Of a stretch of 64,000 nucleotides of DNA, positions 53,095 through 63,091 are shown one piece after another; positions within the stretch are counted from its first letter, which is position 1; each line of letters begins with the position of its first letter. The notes below the pieces were generated by a model. The model saw only the letters and a program-made list of their open reading frames with translations, did no database searches and was not told the DNA's origin. This stretch comes from Gammaproteobacteria bacterium (GTDB lineage Bacteria; Pseudomonadota; Gammaproteobacteria; GCA-002705445; GCA-002716945), in contig JAYQJW010000002.1 in NCBI GenBank assembly GCA_038142325.1, positions 399,702 through 463,701 on the forward strand, in the 5' to 3' direction. A program made the translations under genes and the position numbers.

Positions 53095-54866
53095 ATGAAA
53101 AGACACTACTGTGGTCTCATTGACTCTGAATATATAAATGAGACTATAACTCTAAACGGATGGGTGAATACACGAAGAGATCATGGTGGAGTGATATTTA
53201 TAGACCTCAGAGATCATACTGGCCTTGTCCAGGCTGTTTTCAATCCTGATGTTAAAGATATTTTTGAAACAGCACAATCTATTAGATCCGAGTATGTTCT
53301 CGAGTTAAGCGGAGTAATTGCAAAAAGAAAAGAGGGTACCAATAACCCTGATATGCCAACAGGGGATATAGAATTAATAGTTGAGAAGGTTGATATACTT
53401 AACATATCACAAACTACTCCATTCAAAGTAAATGACAATAGCATTAACGAAGATTTAAGGCTGCAGTACAGATATATTGATCTAAGAAGTACGGAGATGC
53501 AAAATAATTTAAGATTTAGATCTAAGCTATACAGTGTCATACGTAATCATTTATCAGAAATAGATTTTAATGAAATAGAAACACCTATACTTACTAAGCC
53601 TACACCAGAAGGAGCTAGAGATTATATAGTTCCAAGTAGAGTACATAAGGGAAGTTTTTTTGCTTTACCGCAATCACCACAGTTGTTCAAACAGATGTTA
53701 ATGATGTCTGGTTTTGATAAATATTATCAAATTGCAAAATGTTTTCGTGATGAGGATTTAAGAGCAGATCGCCAACCTGAATTCACTCAACTTGATATTG
53801 AATGCGCATTTTTTAATGAAGATCAAATTATGGAATTATCTGAATCTTTAATGAAAAAAATATTTAAATCTCTTATTGATGACAAGATATCATTAACTTT
53901 CCCACGAATCACCTTTAAAGAAGCTATTCTAAAATTTGGTTGTGACAAACCCGACCTTAGAAACCCACTTTTTTTAGTCGATATAGCTAATTATTTACAA
54001 AGTACTGAGTTTAAAGTTTTCAAAGATTGTGTTGATAGCCCTAATAGTAGAATAGCTGCTCTCAAAGTGCCGGGAGGCTTAAAGTTAACTCGTAAAAATA
54101 TTGATGAATATACTGATTTAGTAAAAACATTTGGGGCAAAAGGACTTGCATATCTAAAAATTGAAAATATCGAGGATATAGATACTGGCATTAATTCTCC
54201 TATTAAAAAATTCTTAACCAATGATGAGATAGCCAATATCCTAAAATCTGTAGATGCATCTGATGGAGATTTAATCTTTTTCTCTGCAGATAAAAGTGAT
54301 GTTGTTAATAATTCTATGTCCGCCTTAATAACTAGAATTGGTAACGACCTCGAATTAATATCAGATGGATACAAATTTGCATGGATTGTTGATTATCCTA
54401 TGTTTGAGTATGAAAAAGGAACTAAAAAATTGACCTCACTTCATCACCCATTTACATCACCATCAGACACATCTGCTGAATATGATGATACTACATTATC
54501 TAGAGCATATGACCTTACACTGAATGGTAATGAAATTGGCGGAGGATCAGTTCGTATTCATGATAAGTCAACTCAATTGAAGGTCTTCAAAGCTCTTAAT
54601 TTATCTGATGAAGAGATACAGAGTAAGTTTGGTTTTTTTATTGAATCTCTTGGTTTTGGATGTCCACCTCATGCGGGTATTGCATTTGGTTTAGATAGGA
54701 TTGTAATGCTTTTAAGAAATTTATCCTCCATAAGAGATACTATAGCTTTTCCAAAGACTCAATCATCAGCATGCTTGTTGACAGATGTGCACCGACCGAA
54801 ATTAATTCTGAACAATTAAGAGAACTAAATATTAAAAAAGTAAACCCTCATAAATATGAATTCTGA
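53095..54866 (+). pseudogene. aspS: Aspartate--tRNA ligase, frame break close to the 3' end
   Basis: The ORF 53095-54819 has class II motifs (FRDEDLRADRQPEFTQLD, GGGSVRIH, GLDRIVM). The conserved tail APTEINSEQLRELNIKKV... is read in another frame to TGA at 54864-54866. The break is at about 54787-54790. Confidence 0.9.
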
Positions 54867-55849
54867 TAATTATATAAATCAATTGAACTCGATAAAGAAA
54901 TTCTTATCAGAAAATAATGCCAAGTTGATATCTCATTATTATGTTGACTCTGAAATACAAAAGATAACAGAAGACACAGGGGGATGTGTTGCAGATTCCT
55001 TGCAAATGGCTAAATTTGGCACTCAACAAAAAGAACAAAATCTTATTATTGCAGGTGTTAAGTTTATGGGTGAAACCGCTAAAATACTCAACCCTGAAAA
55101 AAATATCTTTGTCCTTGATAAGGACGCAACATGTTCTCTTGACGAAAGTTGTAGTTATGAATCATTTAAGGACTATTGTGATAAATATCCTGATAGAGAA
55201 GTTGTTGTATATGCTAATACTAGCGCTAAAGTTAAAGCAATTGCTGATTGGGTTGTTACTTCAAGTATTGCAATACCTGTTATCGAGTCTCTAGTAAAAT
55301 CGGGTAAAAAAATTATCTGGGCACCTGATAAATATTTAGGTTCATACATTCAAGATCAAACTGGTATAGATATGAAAATTTGGGATGGATCTTGCGTTGT
55401 TCATGAAGAATATAAAACTCTTGAACTCAAAAAGCTGATTAATAAACTTGATGATTGTGAAGTCCTTGTTCATCCTGAATCCCCTCGTAGCATAATTCAA
55501 CTTGCTGACGTAGTTGGATCAACAACAAAATTAATTAATGCATCAAAATCTAGTAAATCTAAAAACATAATTGTTGCAACTGAAAAGGGAATCTTTTATC
55601 AAATGAAAAAACTTTCGCCTGAGAAAAATTTCTATGAGGCTCCTACAGAAGGTGAAGGCGCTACATGTAAAAGTTGTGGAAGGTGCCCATGGATGAATCT
55701 TAATACTCTTGATAAAATTAAAAATATATTTAGCAGCTCAAAATGAAATAACATTAGACAGCGAAACTATTATTGCAGCAAAGAAATCTATAAATAGAAT
55801 GATAGACTTTGAAGATCAATATTTTAGCAAAAACCAGAGGGCATCATAA
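54856..55849 (+). pseudogene. nadA: Quinolinate synthase NadA, frame break close to the 3' end
   Basis: The ORF is 54856-55746. The tail NEITLDSETIIAAKKSINRMIDFEDQ... is read in another frame after the A4 run at 55740-55743. The stop TAA at 55847-55849 overlaps the next ATG. Confidence 0.85.
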
Positions 55850-56562
55850 TGGCGGGACATAGTAAATGGGCTAATATACAACATAGAAAAAAAGCTCAAG
55901 ATAATAAACGCGGTAAAGTATTTACAAAGATAATTAGGGAAATTACTGTTGCTGTAAGATTGGGTGGTCCTGATATTACAAGCAACTCAAGATTACGATT
56001 AGCAATGACGAAGGCTAATAAAAATAGTGTACCAAAGGATACTATTGAAAGAGCAATAAAAAAAGGTTCGGGACAAAGTGACAGTTCATTTGAGGAAATC
56101 ACCTATGAAGGTTATGGCCCAAAAGGAATTGCTGTAATTATTGAATGTTTAACAGACAACAAAAACAGGACGGTATCTGAGGTGAGACATGCGCTTACGA
56201 AATATAATGGAAGCCTAGGAACAAAAGGTTCTGTATCTCATTTATTTAGAAAGATAGGAATACTCACACTAGTAGATTTTTCAGAGGATGATCTTATTAA
56301 TTATTTTGATGACATTGAAATATTAGATTATGAAGAAACAGAAAACAATTGCATCATCAATACCGATCCCTCTCAATTATTTGCTGTTAAATCATTTTTT
56401 GATTCTAAATCTGTACAGACAAAAGACGAGGAGCTTATTTTAGAGCCAATTACCATGTGCGATATATCTGATAGTGATATTGAACAAGTTCAGTTATTCA
56501 CCGATAACCTTGAGGAATTAGATGATGTTCAGAATATTTACACAAACGTTAATATAGTTTAG
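55849..56562 (+). CDS. YebC/PmpR family DNA-binding transcriptional regulator
   Basis: 237 aa starting MAGHSKWANIQHRK. Confidence 0.92.
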   Translation: MAGHSKWANIQHRKKAQDNKRGKVFTKIIREITVAVRLGGPDITSNSRLRLAMTKANKNSVPKDTIERAIKKGSGQSDSSFEEITYEGYGPKGIAVIIECLTDNKNRTVSEVRHALTKYNGSLGTKGSVSHLFRKIGILTLVDFSEDDLINYFDDIEILDYEETENNCIINTDPSQLFAVKSFFDSKSVQTKDEELILEPITMCDISDSDIEQVQLFTDNLEELDDVQNIYTNVNIV

Positions 56563-56568
56563 TTCATC

Positions 56569-57066
56569 ATGACTATTATATTAGGTATTGACCCAGGCAC
56601 TAATAAAACAGGCTATGGGATAATAAACTATGATAAAAACGAACCAAAATATATACATCATGAAGTGCTAAAAACAGGTCTTAAAAATAAATATACTATT
56701 AAACTATCTCTTATTCATGACAACACAAAAAGATTGATAGAAATCTATCAACCTAATGAAATTGCTCTTGAGTCTGTTTTTTTTAGTGTTAATGCAGGTA
56801 CAGCAATCAAGTTAGGCCAAGCAAGAGGTGCTGCACTATCAGCCTGCAGTGGAGAATTAAGAAATGTTTTCGAGTATAGTCCTAGAAAAGTTAAAATGAT
56901 TATAACTGGTAATGGCGCCTCAGATAAAGATGAGGTACAAAAATATGTTAAACGGAAACTTAGACTAAGAAGAAAACTTGAGGAGGATGCGTCTGATGCA
57001 TTAGGAGTTGCCTTATGTCATGGTTACACAAAAATTAATCATCCTGAACAAGTTAATTCTATATGA
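56569..57066 (+). CDS. ruvC: Crossover junction endodeoxyribonuclease RuvC
   Basis: 165 aa with ILGIDPGTNKTGYGII at the N-terminus and a C-terminal DASDALGVALCH. Confidence 0.9.
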   Translation: MTIILGIDPGTNKTGYGIINYDKNEPKYIHHEVLKTGLKNKYTIKLSLIHDNTKRLIEIYQPNEIALESVFFSVNAGTAIKLGQARGAALSACSGELRNVFEYSPRKVKMIITGNGASDKDEVQKYVKRKLRLRRKLEEDASDALGVALCHGYTKINHPEQVNSI

Positions 57067-57713
57067 GTAAGGTAAATACATTAATTATTAATGAAATTTT
57101 TCATTCCATACAAGGCGAAACATCTCGTACAGGTTTACCAACCACATTTATTAGACTAACTGGATGTCCATTGAGATGCTCATATTGTGATACAGAATAT
57201 GCTTTTACTAATGGCTCCAAAATGTCATTCGATGAGATTATTAAAACACTTAAAAAATATAATTCAAAATATCTCACAGTCACTGGAGGTGAACCTCTTG
57301 CTCAGAAAAATGTATTATTATTTTTAGAAAAAGTATGTAATTTAAATTACTCAGTTTCAATCGAAACAAGTAATTGTCTTGATATCTCAACCATAGATTC
57401 CAGAGTTTCAATAATTCTTGACATCAAGACACCTGCATCTAATGAATCTGATAAAAATAAAATCGAAAACTACAGATATCTTAAACCTAAAGATGAGATA
57501 AAGTTTGTTATATGTAACAAAGATGATTTCATATGGGCAAAAGAATATATCTCTGAATACAATTTAGATAATTATTGTCCTGTTTTATTCTCACCATCCT
57601 ATGATGAGATGTCCATTGCTGAACTTGCAGAACTTATTATTGAACATTCTTTGAATGTAAGATTGCAAACTCAACTTCATAAAGTCATTTGGGGTAACAT
57701 AAATGGTCGATAA
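57063..57713 (+). CDS. queE: 7-carboxy-7-deazaguanine synthase (radical SAM)
   Basis: 216 aa with EIFHSIQGE and the CPLRCSYCDT cluster motif. Confidence 0.88.
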   Translation: MSKVNTLIINEIFHSIQGETSRTGLPTTFIRLTGCPLRCSYCDTEYAFTNGSKMSFDEIIKTLKKYNSKYLTVTGGEPLAQKNVLLFLEKVCNLNYSVSIETSNCLDISTIDSRVSIILDIKTPASNESDKNKIENYRYLKPKDEIKFVICNKDDFIWAKEYISEYNLDNYCPVLFSPSYDEMSIAELAELIIEHSLNVRLQTQLHKVIWGNINGR

Positions 57714-58377
57714 AAAAGCTATAGTTCTATTTTCCGGTGGCTTAGATTCTACCACAGTTCTACATCATGCAATTTCAGAGGGTTATAAATGTCTTGCTTT
57801 AACCATTGATTATAGCCAAAGACATAATTATGAAATTCAATCTAGTCAGAATTATTTAAATCATTATGATATTGATGGACTAATTTTTAAGATAGATCTC
57901 ACGCAAATAGGCGGTTCTGCATTAACAGATGAAAAGATTGATGTTCCTATCGCTACTGATGATGAAATACCAATTACTTATGTTCCCGCAAGAAACACAA
58001 TTTTTTTATCTATCGCCTCAGCTTATGCTGAAAAATACAAGATTTATGATATTTTCATTGGTGTTAATCAGATTGATTATTCTGGCTATCCTGATTGCAG
58101 GCCTGAATTTATCAAGAGTATACAAACTTCAATCAATCTTGGAACTAAGTCAGGAGTAAATGGTTCTGATATACGTATCAACACACCATTAATTAATATG
58201 TCAAAAAAAGAAATCATTAAATATGGTTATAATCTAGGTATTGACTATTCTAAAACAGTTTCTTGTTACCAACTGGATAATGAAGGAAGAGCATGCGGTA
58301 AATGTGATGCATGCAATTTTAGAAAAGAAGGATTTAGATTGGCGGGGATTGAAGACCCTACAAGATATAAAAATTGA
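57703..58377 (+). CDS. queC: 7-cyano-7-deazaguanine synthase
   Basis: 224 aa with the PP-loop VLFSGGLDST and a C-terminal zinc-site cysteine cluster: C at CYQL plus CGKCDAC. Confidence 0.9.
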   Translation: MVDKKAIVLFSGGLDSTTVLHHAISEGYKCLALTIDYSQRHNYEIQSSQNYLNHYDIDGLIFKIDLTQIGGSALTDEKIDVPIATDDEIPITYVPARNTIFLSIASAYAEKYKIYDIFIGVNQIDYSGYPDCRPEFIKSIQTSINLGTKSGVNGSDIRINTPLINMSKKEIIKYGYNLGIDYSKTVSCYQLDNEGRACGKCDACNFRKEGFRLAGIEDPTRYKN

Positions 58378-58414
58378 AAAATTATTAAAAATATATAAAC
58401 TGTGATTTTGTACT

Positions 58415-59614
58415 ATGGAATCAGCAACAACAATATTAATTTACACTTCAATATTAGGGTTTATCCTTGGTTACGTTGTTAACAAAACTAATTTCTGCAC
58501 CATGGGTGCAGTGTCTGATTTAGTTAATATCGGGGATACATCTAGATTAAAAGCATGGTTTTTAGCAATCGCTATTGCGATTTTAGGAGTAACCATTTTA
58601 GAATTAGTCGGAGCTATAAATGTAAATGATTCAAGAATTCCATACAGGAACTCTGTTTTATTTTGGCCACGATATATTGTTGGCGGAATTATGTTCGGTA
58701 TCGGGATGACCCTAGCAAGTGGGTGTGGTAACAAGATTCTTATAAGAATAGGCGGCGGTAACTTAAAATCAATTTTTGTTCTTCTTATTGCAGGTCTAAT
58801 GGCACTTCTCATGACTCGAACTGATTTCTACGGACTCTTGTTCCACAGTTGGATGAGCCCATTAAGCCCTGACCTTGCTAAGCTTGGTATAAATGATCAA
58901 TCAATTCAGACTATAATTTCATCGATTTTTAGATTGGACTCTGGAAATATATTTTCAACTCTCTTTGTCCCATTAATAACAATATTTTTCCTATTCAAGT
59001 TTATATTTTCATCTAATAAAAAATTAAGCGCTGATAATATTACATCTGGTATTGTTGTTGGCTTAGTTGTAGTTTTTGCCTGGTTACTTACAGGTGGTCA
59101 GCTCGGGCAAGCATGGATTGAAAACAATGATTTTCTTGATACACCATACCCAGCAGTTGGCGTTCAATCATTTACATTTATTAACCCGATGGGTGAAGCT
59201 TTATTGTATACCACCAGTGGATTAAACTCATTTTTCCTAACATTTGGTGTAGCAGCATTATTGTCTACTATCTTTGGTTCATTTGTTTATGCACTCATCA
59301 GTAAAAACCTTAGACTTGAATGGTTTGTTAATAAACATGACTTTATAAGACATTTAGTTGGTGGCATTTTGATTGGTATCGGTGGAGTACTCTCTCTTGG
59401 TTGCACAATTGGTCAAGGAGTGACAGGTGTATCTACACTAGCCATAGGATCTATCATCACACTCATCTCAATAATATTTGGCGCTTCATTAATGATGAAA
59501 ATCGAGTATTATAAAGCTGTATATGAAGACAGTAGTTTTTCTGAACTTCTTAAAAATTCGTTGATAGACTTAAGAGTGCTTCCAGAAAAAATTAGGACAC
59601 TTGAGAAAATTTAG
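58415..59614 (+). CDS. YeeE/YedE family sulfur-compound (thiosulfate-type) transporter
   Basis: 399 aa, polytopic, with the duplicated signature cysteine motifs MTLASGCGNK and LSLGCTIGQG. Confidence 0.75.
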   Translation: MESATTILIYTSILGFILGYVVNKTNFCTMGAVSDLVNIGDTSRLKAWFLAIAIAILGVTILELVGAINVNDSRIPYRNSVLFWPRYIVGGIMFGIGMTLASGCGNKILIRIGGGNLKSIFVLLIAGLMALLMTRTDFYGLLFHSWMSPLSPDLAKLGINDQSIQTIISSIFRLDSGNIFSTLFVPLITIFFLFKFIFSSNKKLSADNITSGIVVGLVVVFAWLLTGGQLGQAWIENNDFLDTPYPAVGVQSFTFINPMGEALLYTTSGLNSFFLTFGVAALLSTIFGSFVYALISKNLRLEWFVNKHDFIRHLVGGILIGIGGVLSLGCTIGQGVTGVSTLAIGSIITLISIIFGASLMMKIEYYKAVYEDSSFSELLKNSLIDLRVLPEKIRTLEKI

Positions 59615-59621
59615 TATATTC

Positions 59622-59694
59622 GGGGCGTTAGCTCAGTTGGTAGAGCAGTGGCCTTTTAAGCCATTTGTCACAGGTTCGAATCCTGTACGCCCTA
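59622..59694 (+). tRNA. tRNA-Lys (anticodon UUU)
   Basis: Hand-folded cloverleaf. The acceptor is GGGGCGT/ACGCCCT, the D arm GCTC-AGTTGGTA-GAGC, the anticodon arm GTGGC-CTTTTAA-GCCAT, and the T arm ACAGG-TTCGAAT-CCTGT. No CCA is encoded. Confidence 0.9.
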
Positions 59695-60575
59695 TAATAT
59701 TCTTTTGTGTTTTATTTCTCCTTAGTTTCTCTCCACAGCTCGCTGTATCTGATAATCACTTAATTAGTATTAAAAGTCATAATGGTCTAGTTTTAAATGC
59801 AAACTTAAAGAGTAACTCTCAAAGCGATACTATATTTATTCTAGTGCATGGGACAAGAGGCTATAAGGATATGGAGATTATAAAATCATTAAGTCAAAAA
59901 ATATATGATTACGGTTATAGTTCTCTGAGTATTAACTTAAGCTATGATATAGACAATAGAGCCAGTGAATTTCTTTCATGTGACAGAGTGCACACTCACA
60001 ATGAACATACATCTATCAATGAAATAGTATCTTGGTATAGGTATCTAGAAAACCAAGACTATAAAAATATATATTTTATAGGTCACTCAAGAGGAGCATT
60101 TAATGTCATTCAAGCAATGGCTATTATAAATAACAATAACATCAAAGCGTATTTATTAGCTCCAGTTATAGATACTTATCTAGGAACAAAAAACTACTAT
60201 GACCAAGAGCATAATCTTCCTTACGAGACTTTGATAAATAATAAAGATGAATTTATTATTTCTGATAGGTATCCTTCCATTAATTTTTTATTTTGTGAAA
60301 ATGCTAGAGTATCTTCATCAACATTTAGGTCTTATTTGGATTTATCCAAAAATCAAACATTGTATCCATTTACATTTAGTATCGTTGACTTATTAAAAGA
60401 TACTAATTCAATGGTAACTATTTTCTCAGGAACTGATGATGAAATTCTTCTAGATTCTTATAAAAAGCTTAACCAAATCAATCAACCTAATATTTCTCAT
60501 ATTCTTATTGATGAGGCAGATCATTTTTTTAGAGATATATATCTAGACGATGTTATAGATATAATTTTTGATTAG
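59694..60575 (+). CDS. Alpha/beta-fold hydrolase (secreted?), start codon unresolved
   Basis: It has the GHSRGA nucleophile elbow and HG oxyanion-type VHGTRG. The reading frame is open through the tRNA (track ORF 59601-60575), but no ATG/GTG/TTG lies between the tRNA end and codon about 95. A signal-peptide-like IIFFCVLFLLSFSPQLAVS begins right at the tRNA 3' end. Confidence 0.55.
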   Translation: MIFFCVLFLLSFSPQLAVSDNHLISIKSHNGLVLNANLKSNSQSDTIFILVHGTRGYKDMEIIKSLSQKIYDYGYSSLSINLSYDIDNRASEFLSCDRVHTHNEHTSINEIVSWYRYLENQDYKNIYFIGHSRGAFNVIQAMAIINNNNIKAYLLAPVIDTYLGTKNYYDQEHNLPYETLINNKDEFIISDRYPSINFLFCENARVSSSTFRSYLDLSKNQTLYPFTFSIVDLLKDTNSMVTIFSGTDDEILLDSYKKLNQINQPNISHILIDEADHFFRDIYLDDVIDIIFD

Positions 60576-60579
60576 CTAT

Positions 60580-61080
60580 TTATTGAACCATGAAAGGATC
60601 ATCTGAAGACTCAGATGAATCAATATCCAAGCTCTTCTCTAGTTGGGAGGATGATTTAGGACCAATGGTTATTTCAGATTCTGATTTATCAAACATTCCT
60701 CTCAAAACTTTGATTGTTGCAAATCTATTCTCTTTTTCATAGTTGATAAGAACAAATCTAGATCTCACAATTCCAATTTCAGACCATCCATCAGCAATCA
60801 TATTCTTTCTATAGAAACCAACAATATCATCTGCGCTTCCTTCATGTTGCAAGTATAAAATCCCGGAGAATTTGTTGCCTTCACCAAAGATTACAGTTTT
60901 ACTCACTAGATACTTTGAGTTTTCAGGTAGAGGAATAGATACTTGTAGCTTTTGTTCTACGGATACTTCTCTCTGTTCTTCAGCTTGACTATCAAGCATG
61001 GCCTGCATATTTGCACATGATGATAAAAATATTGTAACTAGTACTATAGGTAGATATTTAGATAAATGCCTGAACTGCAT
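60580..61080 (-). CDS. Lipoprotein of unknown function, downstream of soxA on the same strand
   Basis: 166 aa with a lipobox FLSSC signal peptide and an acidic Ser/Asp-rich C-terminus. No family is recognised. Confidence 0.55.
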   Translation of the reverse strand: MQFRHLSKYLPIVLVTIFLSSCANMQAMLDSQAEEQREVSVEQKLQVSIPLPENSKYLVSKTVIFGEGNKFSGILYLQHEGSADDIVGFYRKNMIADGWSEIGIVRSRFVLINYEKENRFATIKVLRGMFDKSESEITIGPKSSSQLEKSLDIDSSESSDDPFMVQ

Positions 61081-61105
61081 AATTAGAGTATATCTTTAAA
61101 ATATA

Positions 61106-61933
61106 TTATTTTCTAGAGCCTGGTCCATTAACTTCAAGGCCATTACTCATAAACGTAGTAAAATACTCAAGATTATTTAATTCATCACTTCCAGCCTTAA
61201 AACTTTTAGCTCTAATACGGTTTAGACATCCTGCAAACCTCTCATGTAATGTGACCAATCTTCCCATCCCGGATCTGTAAACTGGAAAGTGTGTTGGATG
61301 GCCTATCGCTGGACTTGGAATATCAGCTCTAAGCTTTGTACCTGTTTGATAGACATGACAATCTGCACATGAAAAATTAAGCTGACCTTTCTTAGTAAAA
61401 TACAATCTCCTTCCATCTTCATATGCTTCTAATGCCTCTGCAGTATTTGGCACTTCAACATTAAATTTATTACCACGAGAAGTGTAAGCCATGTAAGCTG
61501 ATACATGAGCTAACTCCTTTCCTTTGTAATAACTAAGTGGTTTTTCACCATTTTTTACTCTGCATTCATTGATAGCGCCCTCGAGTGTAACAACTTTATT
61601 TTTTTCTGTGTTGAAATAGGGATAATTTTGTCTAATTCCTATGCCCTCATTGTCGAAACAAGATGCATAAGTATTACCATTTTTAAAAGGTATATTAAAA
61701 AGCTCTTCCCCTCGGTCTATATTAAGTTCATAGGGTGGAAATTCTTCCATAGATTCCCATTGCTCTCTAGCAGATTTATCAATTGAATAGACACCATTTT
61801 TATAATCTTCAAATGGAGTGTCAGGAAAACGATTTTCAAAGTAACTTACAAACTCATCATAATCACTTTCAGGACTAGCCATAGTTGATAATGATGGAGT
61901 TAATAAGATAAATAGTAAAAGTTTTTTAAACAT
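61106..61933 (-). CDS. soxA: SoxA, c-type cytochrome subunit of the SoxAX thiosulfate-oxidation complex (single-heme type)
   Basis: 275 aa with a signal peptide and one CADCH heme motif. The N-terminal heme site is replaced (ASCFDNEG). A conserved FAGC cysteine is present, and the gene sits in the soxXYZA order. Confidence 0.8.
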   Translation of the reverse strand: MFKKLLLFILLTPSLSTMASPESDYDEFVSYFENRFPDTPFEDYKNGVYSIDKSAREQWESMEEFPPYELNIDRGEELFNIPFKNGNTYASCFDNEGIGIRQNYPYFNTEKNKVVTLEGAINECRVKNGEKPLSYYKGKELAHVSAYMAYTSRGNKFNVEVPNTAEALEAYEDGRRLYFTKKGQLNFSCADCHVYQTGTKLRADIPSPAIGHPTHFPVYRSGMGRLVTLHERFAGCLNRIRAKSFKAGSDELNNLEYFTTFMSNGLEVNGPGSRK

Positions 61934-62242
61934 TTATTTAACTTTTCCTACCGCAGAATCTCTATTACCTTGATTATCAACCCAAGACAACTCAATTTCA
62001 TCACCTTTGTTACCTTTGTACTTAAAAGTCAAATAAGGATTTTTTGAAACAGCTGGTCCCCAATATATTTTTATCACTTCTTTGCCATTAGCTTTACCGT
62101 GCACCTCTTGGATGAAATGAGCTGGAATAAGATTACCAGTTTTTTTATCTTTTCTTTGCCCAGTTTCCATTGGGTGTTTAATAAGGGCTTTAACTGTTAC
62201 AACACCATTTGATTCTTTAGGTCTCATTTTTATTGTACTCAT
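61934..62242 (-). CDS. soxZ: Thiosulfate oxidation carrier complex protein SoxZ
   Basis: 102 aa with VKALIKHPMETGQRKD and PAHFI motifs, immediately after soxY. Confidence 0.88.
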   Translation of the reverse strand: MSTIKMRPKESNGVVTVKALIKHPMETGQRKDKKTGNLIPAHFIQEVHGKANGKEVIKIYWGPAVSKNPYLTFKYKGNKGDEIELSWVDNQGNRDSAVGKVK

Positions 62243-62244
62243 AA

Positions 62245-62706
62245 TTAACCTCCACAGCCTCCAATAGTTACCTTGACTTCTTGTGTAGCTGTATATACTT
62301 TGTCACCACTCTTAACAGCAGCCATTACGTTTGATGTCTTTCCCATTTTTAAACGTGTACCAATTGCAGGTTCAGCTAGAGATGTTAGCTGATAACCACT
62401 TGATAATGGCTGTGGATTATTTTCAACAAATATCATTATCGATTCAACATTATCAAGAGTTGTTGATACGTTAATTGGCACTATAGCTCCGTTTTCTGCA
62501 ATTTCCGGCGCCTTGAGCTTTACCTTAGATGATTCTTCTAAATTGTTATGACCATAAATACTACTTACAGAGTCATTAAGGTCTTTGATATCAAAAGATT
62601 TTTTCGGCCAAGACGCATATGCTTCTTTGGTCACAATTAAAGTTGGCACAGTCGCTAATGTACCAGCAAACAGCATGCTATTTTTTATAAATTTTCTTCT
62701 ATTCAT
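62245..62706 (-). CDS. soxY: Thiosulfate oxidation carrier protein SoxY
   Basis: 153 aa with the Tat-type signal NRRKFI and the diagnostic C-terminal GGCGG swinging-arm motif. Confidence 0.92.
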   Translation of the reverse strand: MNRRKFIKNSMLFAGTLATVPTLIVTKEAYASWPKKSFDIKDLNDSVSSIYGHNNLEESSKVKLKAPEIAENGAIVPINVSTTLDNVESIMIFVENNPQPLSSGYQLTSLAEPAIGTRLKMGKTSNVMAAVKSGDKVYTATQEVKVTIGGCGG

Positions 62707-62714
62707 ATGTTTTC

Positions 62715-63050
62715 CTAAAGTGTATATAAATAATCAATTATCTTGTTAATCTCATTTTTTGTTAGCGCTCCATGTTTACCAAATGGAGGCATAAAAGAAT
62801 AAGGGTTTGTTTGAGTAGGATCCCAAATTTGTTGAAAAAGAAGTTCTCTGTCAGGAAATCTTGCTTTCATAGCTAGCAATGGAGGACCATTATTTCCTGC
62901 CAATTCACCATCATCAATCATGTGACACGCCAAACAATTACCTTTCTTTCGATCAAAAGTGAGCTTTTTACCCTCTGCAATGTCATCAGAATAAGAAATT
63001 GAAGGCAATGTTGTAACCATTAAAAACACAATCAATATTAGCTTTTTCAT
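62715..63050 (-). CDS. soxX: SoxX, monoheme cytochrome c subunit of SoxAX
   Basis: 111 aa with a signal peptide and the GNCLACHMI heme motif. It is first in soxXYZA. Confidence 0.8.
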   Translation of the reverse strand: MKKLILIVFLMVTTLPSISYSDDIAEGKKLTFDRKKGNCLACHMIDDGELAGNNGPPLLAMKARFPDRELLFQQIWDPTQTNPYSFMPPFGKHGALTKNEINKIIDYLYTL

Positions 63051-63091
63051 GGCCTTATTATATAGATGAATGATGTTTATTAAAACATTTT

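Noticed and set aside
21022-55849. Programmed ribosomal frameshifting (dnaX/prfB-style) as the explanation for the split genes.
   Set aside because: The breaks share no slippery heptamer or downstream structure, go in both directions, and occur in genes never known to use recoding. Indels in short homopolymers fit better.
56569-58377. ruvC is followed by queE-queC instead of ruvA-ruvB. I considered whether this marks an insertion.
   Set aside because: The genes overlap by a few nt with no repeats, no compositional change and no mobility genes. It is an ordinary gene-order variant, not evidence of an island.
59601-59694. The ATG at 59601 as the start of the alpha/beta hydrolase, as in the ORF track.
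   Set aside because: It would require translating straight through a well-formed tRNA-Lys gene (residues GALAQLVEQWPFKPFVTGSNPVRP are simply the tRNA read as protein). The true start is unresolved; see the finding.
63051-63091. An AT-rich hairpin (atgttt-atta-aaacat) plus T-run between soxX and the bepA-like gene, as a possible terminator.
   Set aside because: The T-run is on the plus strand, where no gene ends. On the minus strand, where bepA terminates, there is no U-tract. The stem is only 6 AT-rich bp.
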